DNA of 63,413 nucleotides, the filler included, from Aduncisulcus paluster (taxonomy: Eukaryota): NCBI GenBank assembly GCA_024181965.1. It is 8 parts of 8 records of this genome, joined end to end, with 100 filler letters (N's around TTAATTAATTAA, not from the genome) between each part and the next. Parts side by side here need not be neighbours in the genome. Positions count along the whole stretch, not along the records: positions 1 to 3,172 come from BQXS01011331.1; positions 3,273 to 10,816 come from BQXS01011332.1; 6 more parts are not named here. The stretch is one strand, 5' to 3'. A program made the position numbers and the translations under genes. Under the pieces are notes generated by a model. That model ran no database searches. It was not told where the DNA came from and saw only the letters and a list, made by a program, of their open reading frames with translations. Below, piece after piece: positions 1-10,030 of this stretch; the first letter of the stretch is position 1; each line of letters opens with the position of its first letter.

Positions 1-3000
1 ACCTCTGTCTTCCCCAAATCCCCCATTTCTCCCCTCTTCCTTACCCATGTCCTCCCTCCGAGTTCTTTTGCTTCATCGGAATAAGATAGGATCTATTCGT
101 GAAGTTGAGAAACTCTCATCTCTGACGAAACTATCCTGTCTTTCTCTCTCTTCAAATCCGTTAAGCCGCTCTCATCTCCATTCAACCAAGAAACCAATGC
201 CCAATCTCTCAAGCCTCTCAAAACAACAACATATCTCCATCTCTCGTCCATTGCCTGTCCTTGCTTACCGTCGGGCTGTTCTTTTGCTTCTTCCCCATCT
301 TCAATGTCTTGATAAACACGTCGTGTCTATGCTGGAAAGGCCTGGTATGTTGAATTCTTGGGAGCCAGCGGGATCTTTCCCCAATTCTCTCGATTCTGCG
401 CTTCGACTCGATTGGATTGACTGGAATCTCGAGAGAGACGCTCACCGAAGGAGGAAAGAACTTCATGAAAGGGCATCAGAGGAGAAGAAAGTATCATATG
501 AACAAAAGGATAGCGAATATGGTCAAGATATTGAGCAGACAAGTTCTTCTCTCGGATCGTTATCTTTGCCATTCCAAACCGCTTATCTCAGAGTGATCGA
601 ATATCTTCGTAAAATATCATCTATTTTCTCAAAATCTTCTCCTCTCACGCTTTTTGAACGATGTGTCATTGGATGGAAGGAAAGAAACAGGGTTTTGCAG
701 TGGAAAACAAGCAAAAAGGAGTGGGAAGATCAACAAAAAAGGGAAAAACGAAGGAAAGAGAAGGAAGAAGAAGATAGAATCAGAATTTTGCAGAGATTAA
801 GGAAGAAACGACAATCTCAGCCATTAAAACGCTCAGATATCGAAATTTCTCCCAAATCTATTTCTCCAGCTTTAAGTCCCGTGAAATCTGATGAACCTTT
901 GTCAACATCTCCTGAATTAAAGGCCAAATCTAGTGCCTTGTTGGAGAAACCACAGTTAGAATTACCTGGTCCGTATCCTCCGGATTTCCCTGAGATTGTG
1001 ACCACTGTGATGACCGAACAAGCAGCTGGAACTTTAACGCTTCCACCGAGACCAACAAAACTTCCAAAGAGGTATGGTCGGCAACAGTATTCGTGCACCT
1101 CATTTGCTGTATCCCCATCATCGTTGTTGCATTTCAGAAACCTTCTCAACTCTGCCGGTTCCCAGGCTGTCCTATTGGGCAATTTAACTCAAAAAGAAGC
1201 TGCAAATTGGATTGATAAAGTCAAGAATGTTGGACAACTTCCTCTCCTTCTACTTGAGTGGGGTCGAGATGAAGTATCTGAGCCCTTGTATAGTTCCAAC
1301 GGAGAACCTATCTTCAAGAATTGTATTATTCGAAAGACGAAAGCCAGGCAAGCAACTAGGAATCATCGTAGAAGAATGTCCTCTTCAATCACCAATCCAT
1401 CATCATCCAAGACATCTGGAGGGATCTGGAACAATGCATTAAAAGGCGGAGTTCGACTTAATTTAGCCTTGCTCTTCTGGCTCAGACCTCTCATGCTTGG
1501 GAATGGAACCCTGTTGCGAGCTGCTGGAGAAGAAGCACACAAAATGGTTATGTCGAAGTCTATTGGCAGCAAAAGTACCCAACCGAAATCTTCCTCCTTT
1601 TCCTCTCCTCTTCTTGTTGAAATGACTGTTCCAGATACCCTCGTGGGAGCTTTGATCACAATCATCCATCAGCAAATGCCTGCTGGAATCCTCCCTCTTG
1701 CTTATGCGGAGAGAGTGGCTGCAGCTGTGTGCATTCAGAGCGTTTGGCGTGGAAAACGTGCTAGTAAGCTTATGGGTGGAATAGTAAGTGCTCTAACGGG
1801 CAGTGAGTTTTCTGATGTGTTCACAAGTTCCTCTTTATGTGGCGATATTCCCATATCATCCAAGAATGCCTATCTCCTTCTTCCATCTCTTAGTGATCTT
1901 CCTCGACTTCCTCCTCCCTGCTTTCTACCGACGATTTCCACTTTTTCTGCTTCTCCTTCAGAATCTCTCTTGCGTGTTGTTGCAATTTCTCGTATTCAAA
2001 CCTTTTTACGGGTTAGATTAGCTCGCAAAACACTGCTGTTGCGTGCTATTATTGCCCAATTAATCGAAGAACTCCATGATCAGCATGGATTTTATGTCTT
2101 CGCGAAAGACATTGAGCTTGTCAGACAAAGAGAGAAACAAGAGAGAAAGAGAATAGCATCGATCAAATCAGCTCTCGACCAATGGCGTGAATCTCGTCAC
2201 GTCAAAATGTCCAAGAAAAAGAACTTTCGAAAAAATGCCGAAGAGAAGGAAAGAAACGTTATTCGTGCAGTGTTACAGAGAGATCGAGATTGTTCCATCC
2301 AGGAATCAGAGATTTCTACCAAATCTAATCAATTTCCATCCTCCAATCCAATGTTTCCATTACCTGGCTTTTGTGTTGAACGACGTATTGGATATGGGAT
2401 CAAAGCAACAGTTTCTTCATCAAATTCTTCCATTCTATCTGTGTATCCCAAAGCAACGGATAAAACATCATCTTCCAACATCTCTGGAATCCATGCACTG
2501 AGATCAAAGGATAAATCCCAACTGACAAGTTCTGCTTCACTCTCGAAAAAGTTCTCAGAAAACTCTTGTCCGATTAGGACAATCGCAGCTTCCCTTAATC
2601 CATCCTCTTTATCGATTTTTTTCACTTCTCCCGTTCCTCCCCATCTTCTGTCACCCACAATTGAGCCCGACACAGCTCGTGTGCTCATTGAACCTGCATT
2701 GATATGTCGAGACAGACATTTCCCTCATTGGGATGGAAGAAATGTCCGAGAAGACATGATAATGTCTCATGTGGAAGAAGAAGATATCGTCACCGGAAGC
2801 GGCATTGATGTTTCATCTACTAGTGTGGAACTTCTTGATGAAAACGGACTGACACACCCAGAGCTATTTTCTGTCGTTCGCCCTTCTGTTGACAAACTTT
2901 TGGCACCACCTAAATCCACTCCTTTCTTCTCATTCTCACCCATTCCTGTGAAATTATCCTCTCTGTTCAGACATTATACACACATCCCATCAATATTTTC

Positions 3001-3172
3001 CCTATTTCCATCCTCTTTGTTCTTCTCTCCAAGTCCTATGAAATCCCCTCTATTTTTATTGGACGTTGGAGTGAGAAAGAGGAAAGTTCCTGCCCATGAA
3101 GTAACTGAAGCTTTAGCCCTGGGTCAAAAATTCTCTGAAAAACGACGTTTTATCGGCGGTTTTCCCCCTCTT
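1..3172 (+). CDS. Leucine-rich repeat and IQ-motif protein (LRRIQ3-like), partial at both ends
   Basis: LRR consensus LRVLLLHRNKI / LSCLSLSSNPL plus an LRR-cap (YRRAVLLLLPHLQCLD); IQ motifs AAVCIQSVWRGKRASK and AISRIQTFLRVRLARK; the frame is open upstream of ATG 47 and runs into the N-spacer. Confidence 0.65.
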
Positions 3173-3272
3173 NNNNNNNNNNNNNNNNNNNNNNNNNNNN
3201 NNNNNNNNNNNNNNNNTTAATTAATTAANNNNNNNNNNNNNNNNNNNNNNNNNNNNNNNNNNNNNNNNNNNN
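3173..3272. other. Artificial contig-joining spacer (also at 10817-10916, 38184-38283, 46546-46645, 51103-51202, 54376-54475, 60130-60229)
   Basis: An identical 100-nt N44-TTAATTAATTAA-N44 block with stops in all six frames occurs seven times. Confidence 0.98.
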
Positions 3273-3591
3273 ATCATAAACACATCTTTGCAACGCATCA
3301 CTTCCTGGAAAACATTATTGAAGTTCATTTGCTCGAGGATGGCGATGGATCGGATGAGGTGTCTCTGCGAAGGGTGAGATAAGAAGTGTTGTCCGATCTC
3401 TTGATGGCGTGCATGTACCGTGTGAACATGGAACAGGGCAGCTTAGACGACTTCCTCTTCTTGGAATCGTGTTTCGACGATGTCTGCGATGCCCCCGGTT
3501 TCGTTTGTGCGAGTGACCACCATGCAGGTTCCTGATAGTGTTTAATCTCCTTCATTTTTATAATTATTTATGTGTTAATACAACTAAGTAC

Positions 3592-3970
3592 TTAATATTC
3601 TTCATCAGATATAATAGACTCTCGGAGCGTCTCGAAAACTATTTTCCCATGTTTCAAGATTTCAAACATTTTCCCAGCTGAGGTACTTTCGATTTTGTAA
3701 TTTACCATTGCGTTGGCACATCCTTGGCATCTCAACTTATCCAGATCGTGTATATTTGGGGCATATTCTGGAACAATAATACTCTTAACGCGATTCTTCC
3801 AACTGTCGCTTGTGAAGATGACTTGGCCAACAGGAAATACAATCAAAATGGGATATCCATCAAGAATTAGAACTCGGTATATGGATTCGAATGGATTTAA
3901 CTTCTTCCCATCATTTATGGAATCAATATGAAAGCCTAAAGGAAACCTTCCACTAGCGTTCCGTGTAAGA
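3592..3970 (-). CDS. CxxC...KH zinc-finger-like domain, third paralog of the OTU-ZnF C-terminus; 5' end missing (exon or pseudogene fragment)
   Basis: GYPILIV...KLRCQGCANAMV...ILKHGK resembles EYPIEFY...KVKCLVCKTNIL...LIKHGEKC (6011-6421). The frame stays open upstream of 3846 into the palindrome array without an in-frame ATG. Confidence 0.45.
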
Positions 3971-4440
3971 GTATTACCATGGTAATACCATATGGTATTT
4001 CACTTAGAAACAGAGTGAATACCATAAGTATTACCATGGTAATACTTTAAGGTATTACCATTAAAAATAGTGGTATTACTTTAAGGTATTACCATGGTAA
4101 TACTTATGGTATTAATGTGGTAATACTTATGGTAATACCATGGTAATACCATTATTTTTAGTGGTATTACCATTATTTTTAGTGGTAATAATTCTGGTAT
4201 TAATGTGGTAATACTTATGGTAATACCATGGTAATACCATTATATTTAGTGGTATTATTGTGGTAATACTCATGGTATTCTTGTGGTAATACACTAAGTA
4301 ATACCATGGTAATACACTAAGTAATACCATGGTAATACCACTAAAAATAATGGTATTATTCTGGTAATACTTATGGTATTACCATGGTAATACTTATGGT
4401 ATTGTTGTGGTATTACATTTATTTGTTATGGTATTACCAT
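3971..4440. repeat. Array of palindromic GTATTACCATGGTAATAC units and GGTAATAC/GGTATTAC half-sites
   Basis: Perfect 18-bp palindrome at 3971-3988, 4028-4045, 4086-4103 and 4376-4393, with many degenerate half-sites in both orientations. Confidence 0.95.
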
Positions 4441-5166
4441 ATAAATATTCGGAAGTATTTTACTGAATTGTCTTAAATTATATTTTAAATGCCCAAAAGA
4501 GGACTAACAGAAACAAAAACAAAGTAAAGGAACAAAAAGAAGAAGAATATAACAAATCGAAGACACAAATAAGTGAAAACGAGAAGAAAACAAAAAGACA
4601 AGAAGAACAAGAGAATTAATCACCAATAACAATAATAAATGAATTATTATTACAATATATAAATAAAAACAATAAAATAAGTAAAATAATCAAACAAAGA
4701 ACATCAAAATTGAACAAAAAAAACATACCCTAAAACCGATCAAAATAAAACGAAAAACATAGCCACAAAGCGGTCTGAGAAACCTACCAGATGGGTTCTC
4801 AGGCCCACTGGATTTTTGTAACTTGCTATAGATCGCAAAAGTACAAAAGGTCGTTCAGAGTCTTAGTGCACAAATGCACATGGTGCCAAATTTAGAATAC
4901 AAAATAATAATGCAAAAATATAATAAATTATTTAGTAATCATTAATTTAATACTTATTTTTTTTAATATAATAATTTTATTACGAGTAGTTTCATGTCCC
5001 ACATAAGTGTCGAAAAATATCGGGTTAACTCTGTTCTAAAAGCTTTACCCCATAAAAAGATATATTAATATAAATATAGGATACATACAGACTATACATA
5101 TTATAAAATCCTCTGGGGTATAGGTCCTTAACATCTATATAATTCCAATTTTTCTTTTTGCAAGCA

Positions 5167-5961
5167 ATGAGCGAACTATCCCCTATAGACTCCCATTCTT
5201 CCCCCTCCATCGGAGACCTCTCTGTCCCTTCTCACAAGAAAAAGACCGCATTAGTCGCAGAAACGCCCAAATTTGCTTCCACTCTGAACTTTAACATTCA
5301 GGCCTCACATGAAGATACTTCTAAGCACTTGAAAGCATTTCGTGACGAAACGATTAGCATGCTTTCTAAACTGGTGCCGAAGCAGATTCATTCGACCAGG
5401 GATCTAACCCTCGATGACATGGCTGGCATTTATTCTGTGACTGACGAACTTGTGAAGGAAGAACATCGAATCGGTAATATCATTGCTCTCAAACTCCTTA
5501 CTGCCACTTGCAAGAAGGAATATGATGATAAAGGCCTGGGAACAAGAAAGAAGCGGTTGGTTCTTGGTGCCCAAAGGAAGAAACAGATAATCACCGCTAC
5601 CATCCGAAAGAGTGCTGTTTTCGGTCGAATTTATGAAAAGGCAACAGATGCCGAATTAATCGACCTCTACAAGGCCCGAATTGCTCCTTTTGTCCAAACT
5701 GCCAAAGGAAACTATCGGAACAAGAAACATGCCGTAACACTGGAGAAAACGGTTAGCAAGTATAAGGATGATCTTGAAGATTGGGAAAAGGATATGCTAA
5801 AGGAGTATGCAACGTGCAAAGATTGGTCGCAAACTGTCTCAACTCAGAGTTTGTCACAGTCAAGTGGACTTGAAGAAGAATCCGAAGAAACCCGAGCACC
5901 TTCTCCGAAGGGACATCGAATCTCCATTTTCAAGACACTTAATGAAGATCTGCCCGAATAA
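5167..5961 (+). CDS. Hypothetical protein with a BEN/DUF4806-like helical DNA-binding domain
   Basis: ATG at 5167. The segment IIALKLLTATCKKEYDDKGLGTRKKRLVL...IITATIRKS...ATDAELIDLYKARIAPFVQTAKGNYRNKK resembles the BEN/DUF4806 pattern by eye; no HMM was run. Confidence 0.45.
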   Translation: MSELSPIDSHSSPSIGDLSVPSHKKKTALVAETPKFASTLNFNIQASHEDTSKHLKAFRDETISMLSKLVPKQIHSTRDLTLDDMAGIYSVTDELVKEEHRIGNIIALKLLTATCKKEYDDKGLGTRKKRLVLGAQRKKQIITATIRKSAVFGRIYEKATDAELIDLYKARIAPFVQTAKGNYRNKKHAVTLEKTVSKYKDDLEDWEKDMLKEYATCKDWSQTVSTQSLSQSSGLEEESEETRAPSPKGHRISIFKTLNEDLPE

Positions 5962-6010
5962 ATAAAATGCGATCCAAATGGATTTATTACAATCTATTTA
6001 CCAATTATGT

Positions 6011-6942
6011 TTACTCTTCCATATCTTCATATCCCCATTGATCTTTCTCGGTACTCCCTTGAGACATGAGAGGCTGTGTATCAAAATGTACATCTACAAC
6101 TTCATCTGGGATATCATCAGTGACAGTTATTGTGGACGGCCATCTGTATCTACACTTTTCCCCGTGCTTTATCAGCTTGGTCATATCAACAATCCCCCCT
6201 TCAACTACTTTTCCGATTAAAATGTTTGTTTTGCAAACTAAACACTTAACTTTAACACGATTACGTTTCCCCTTTTCGTGTTGAATTGACATCTGCCAAT
6301 ACGGGAGGAACTTCTGAAGCTGATCCTTTAAGTTACTCATCCGACACCATTTCCCGATAATCTTGGTTGCCGGAGGTGGTGGATAAAACTCAATCGGATA
6401 TTCACATGCCCGAAGAGATTTCTGCCCACGACACAAATTACACAACAAACGAATCAAGATAAATTTACAAAATTAACGCAGGAACAAACATGAAAATAAC
6501 AGAACAAATATCATTTTTAACATACTGTAGTCCGTAAAAGTGTGAAATGGCCCAGTTCAGAGGTCACCATATCAAGCACGACCCACATAATATCTTTATA
6601 TTCAGCATTATAAGCCTTAACCCCAGACTCCTCAACTACAACAATACACCTTCTGGAGAGATGTGACAGACTCATTATTTGATCGTATCCACTTCTAAAA
6701 TCATAACTCATAACAAATGTTTCCCAATCAATAAACCCGTGCATTAGAGAAACCAATTTAATTGCCTGCCCAAGGGCAAGAGCAAATGTCTTCTTATCCA
6801 TAGTGGATTTAGTAGGCATAAAACTCTCCGTGAAACAATTCACAAGGCATAAATTGTGATCCCCAGATACATTAGTTAAAGGAGGTATACCCTCAGGGAA
6901 TAGCTTTGACAAATGATTTTTAATAGAAACCGGAAAAACCAT
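6011..6942 (-). CDS. OTU-like cysteine protease + CxxC/His zinc finger; two exons (6942-6526, 6421-6011), intron 6525-6422
   Basis: GDHNLCLVNC (Cys box) and LGHFTLL (His box). A 104-nt GTATGT...GGGCAG intron joins ...LRTT to KSLRACEYP in frame, giving the same architecture as the ORF at 9070-9852. Confidence 0.65.
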
Positions 6943-7347
6943 GGTCTGTCGAGAAATCCAAGAACATTGGCGATACGCTTAGGCGGAGGTTTACCCCATA
7001 TCTTCAATATCATTTCCATTACGTTCAATGACAGTGCATATGGAATAATAAATAATATAATGGGGTATGATAGAGTTTACTGGATTACATCGCAGAGGCG
7101 TTTGAATGGATATAAATCATTTAAAATTAATATATAACCCAATAAACAGATTATAGTGGCATAATATTTAATAAAGTGTCATATATCCTTATACACGAGC
7201 GTGTCCAAAAATGACGAACATCCTGGGAGTTAACAAGGATTAATATTTTATTTAATTAGCATACTCATGTAGCGGACGATATTAATTAATATTGACTTTT
7301 TAACTCTGCAATTACACGATGTAATAATGGGAAAGTGGTGATATCCT

Positions 7348-7448
7348 GTTCGCGTCGTACGGCCCAGGCATATATATATATATATTAATTTGTTTTATGA
7401 TAATATTAACAAATCCATATATATGTGCCTGGGCCGTACGACGCGAAC
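7348..7448. repeat. Inverted repeat / hairpin with perfect 23-bp GC-rich arms around an AT-rich core
   Basis: GTTCGCGTCGTACGGCCCAGGCA (7348-7370) is the exact reverse complement of TGCCTGGGCCGTACGACGCGAAC (7426-7448); pairing continues through (AT)n and ATTTGTT/AACAAAT. Confidence 0.95.
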
Positions 7449-7619
7449 GTAGTGCATATGAAAATTTTTCGCATTTTTGCGGTATTTAGAATAAATAATA
7501 TTTGGTAATTATAAAAAATCAAAAGAACATGCATCTAATCAAAACCTGCGATTTATCTAGAAGAGATAATTCATTTATTGGTTAATATCACCACGATTTA
7601 GAAAATCAACTTTTCTTTG

Positions 7620-9027
7620 ATGGCTCGTACAAAACAAACTATGCGTGAAGCGAAGAAATCCCCTAATGGTCCCCCTAATGGTCCCCCTACTGGTCCCCCT
7701 ACTGGTTCCTCTACTGATTCCTCTACTACGAAGCCCGATGATCAGCCCCCTACTGGTCCCCTATCCCCCTACTGGTCCCCCTACTGGTCCCCCTACTGGT
7801 TCCTCTACTGATTCCTCTACTACGAAGCCCGATGATCAGCCCCCTACTGGTTCCTCTACTTCGAAGCCCGATGATCAGCCCAAGCGTGATACAAGACAAA
7901 TAGTAGTACGTAGAGGTAAAGGTAAAGGTAAAGGTAAAGGTAAAGGTAAAGGTAAAGACCACGAAAGTGGTAAGAGGAGGTCCCAACGCCCGATTGCTAA
8001 TCTAACACTGAGCACACCTTCCAAGTCTCCAGCAACAGTTCGGGAGATGCCAATAGGCCCATTTGATCTAGATTCGACTTCAGTTCCTGTAATCCATGCT
8101 TCCACACCTGCTACAAGGTTCTGTACGGATTTATGGGAACTGATGGACCCCAAAAACTTTAGGAAGGATCAGATCTGGCTACGATTAGCCGATATAGCAT
8201 TGCTATCGGAACAGGTTGCATCCAAAAGGGCAGTTTCCGCTCTGTCCAAGCGCATCGGAAGAGTGAAGAACCCGATTGTAGAAGGGATGGGACCCACTAA
8301 CCATGAAAACTTCATGGAATTCCTTGCTTGGATGTCCTATCATTGCTTAACCCACGATGGCTGTGAGGACTTCTACAAATGGATTATACAACATGCATGC
8401 AACCTAGTAATGATGCAATCATTGTCTCCTCTTACTCACGAATACTGTTGTATTGTGATGATGAATGCAATGGGGTATGAAACGCAAGACCCTTCTATCT
8501 GGGCCACATTTGTCTTGGCTGTCCCCGCACTAAGGGATCATCTTATCAGAAAGCCCGACTTTTTCCCTGATATCGTGAGTATCCTGTATAATGCCTCTGT
8601 CGTCAACCCTGATCAAAGGATCACTCGTACCGTGCCCGAACTCACCCCTCTGGTTCCGCTTGCAGCCGAAGTAGCAAGGGTTATGGTAAGAGATGGTCAC
8701 AGTCCAGTGACACATCCCTTGGCATTGGCCGCACTCTCAAACTTCATCCGCAACTCGGAGAGATGGTCTGCCATGATGCGAGGAATGATCGGACCGAGAT
8801 TGGAGACCTGGAAACGGGAAATTCAAACTTCATCCCCTTGCGATCATGCAGTCACTAGAGCATGGAGTTGGGTATTAACAGGTCTTTGCGAAGATCCCGA
8901 AGAAAGCCTTCTTCTCTGGGTGATTGAAGATCAGGACCACCTAGAGTGGCTCAGAGAGAATGGTGCTGATGAAGAAGAAATGAGTATTCTCGATCGCTTT
9001 TCAAAGGAAAATCGTTTTGGCAAGTAA
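7620..9027 (+). CDS. Protein with a histone H3-tail-like N-terminus (MARTKQTMR), GPPT/SSTD repeats, (GK)7 tract and helical C-terminal domain; frameshift at ~7760
   Basis: ATG GCT CGT ACA AAA CAA ACT at 7620. The 12-bp GGTCCCCCTACT repeats read GPPT in the 7620 frame before ~7760 and in the 7645 frame after it; one junction is 5 nt short (GGTCCCCTATCCCCCTACT). Confidence 0.6.
7661..7956 (+). repeat. Coding minisatellite (12-bp units nested in a higher-order repeat) followed by (GGTAAA)7
   Basis: Repeated CCCCTACTGGT / TCCTCTACT / AAGCCCGATGATCAGCCC blocks at 7661-7880; GGTAAA x7 at 7915-7956. Confidence 0.9.
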
Positions 9028-9069
9028 CTATACTTGAGTAATCTAAACTAGTAAATCAAACGAATATTT

Positions 9070-9852
9070 TTATTCAATTGTATAATGGTTACAAGAGTAG
9101 TGACTACAAGTAATTTTGTGGTCCCCGATGTGTTTTACAGCTTCCCAAAGTCGATGGCCCATTTTCTTTAGGTATAATATTGTGGCTTGACATTCTGGGC
9201 ACTTCATTCGTGCTCTGCCTTCGCGGTCTTTGCTTAAATAGCACGTTATCCCCAAATACAATTGGAGTCTTTCATAGAGACGTTTAACAGTTGATTCCTG
9301 AAAGCCTAAATACATTTGAGGGGCCCTCCATGAATGTATAATTTCGATTTCCCAGCATTTTAGATCTGAGAGCTCAGGATTTGTACTATGAAACCATAAA
9401 GGTCTGACATGTTTGTCATGCCAACCAAGATAAATTTTTATATCCCCAGTCCGATTGTATACAGCTATGTGTTTTTCTCTTAAGGAGATAAAATAAATAC
9501 ACAGATTCATATCCTCTGCCGTCTGCATGTAGCACGCATTTGTGGCATATGCGTCAGGAAGACACAAACTTCTGTATTCTTGCTCGGCAATGCGTCGATG
9601 AAGCAGCAAATTAAAAAGAGTTTTGTGCTTTAAAGACTTTGCTAACAACGGTACGATGGAAGTCGAAAACCTTTTCACTGCATAAAGAACGGAGAGATAA
9701 AAACAGTCACAATCCTCAGATTCTATGGGCATAGTCTCCGGATCATATTCTCCCAGTGCCGATAGCAACGCATCTGCAAAATTAAATGAATACTCCATGG
9801 GCTCGTATACAAATTGCGCGCCAAAGAAAGAAACTTTCTTGATGAGGAACAT
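9070..9852 (-). CDS. OTU-like cysteine protease + CxxC/His zinc finger
   Basis: SEDCDCFYLSV (compare OTU DGNCLFRA), IYFI...AVYN...IYLGWHDKHVRPL His box, then KCPECQATIL...VKHIGDHKITC. Confidence 0.65.
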   Translation of the reverse strand: MFLIKKVSFFGAQFVYEPMEYSFNFADALLSALGEYDPETMPIESEDCDCFYLSVLYAVKRFSTSIVPLLAKSLKHKTLFNLLLHRRIAEQEYRSLCLPDAYATNACYMQTAEDMNLCIYFISLREKHIAVYNRTGDIKIYLGWHDKHVRPLWFHSTNPELSDLKCWEIEIIHSWRAPQMYLGFQESTVKRLYERLQLYLGITCYLSKDREGRARMKCPECQATILYLKKMGHRLWEAVKHIGDHKITCSHYSCNHYTIE

Positions 9853-10030
9853 CCATTAAAATTCGAGTAAACTGTTTATTACTAAGTTGACATACCCGGT
9901 GTAAACGCAAGTATAAGATTTTTATTCTTTATTATGTGTCACCATCTAGAAGTTTGCTCACGGTCACCGTGAAACTTAGACGGTTTAAGTTTAGATTCGT
10001 TCGGACTCGGAAGTAACTCCGATTCATTTA

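Noticed and set aside
3217-3228. TTAATTAATTAA as a piggyBac target site or other biological motif
   Set aside because: It is the same artificial six-frame-stop linker at all seven contig joins.
3273-3555. Small minus-strand ORF, and an alternative frame with an internal TAA suggesting stop-codon reassignment
   Set aside because: No recognisable homology, and TAA/TAG terminate many clear genes in the window, so the standard code applies.
3971-4440. CRISPR array
   Set aside because: No unique spacers of constant length, no cas genes, and a eukaryotic context.
7620-7811. Genuine histone H3 or CenH3 gene
   Set aside because: Similarity stops after residue 8; no K9-S10-GGKAP segment or histone-fold motifs are visible in either frame.
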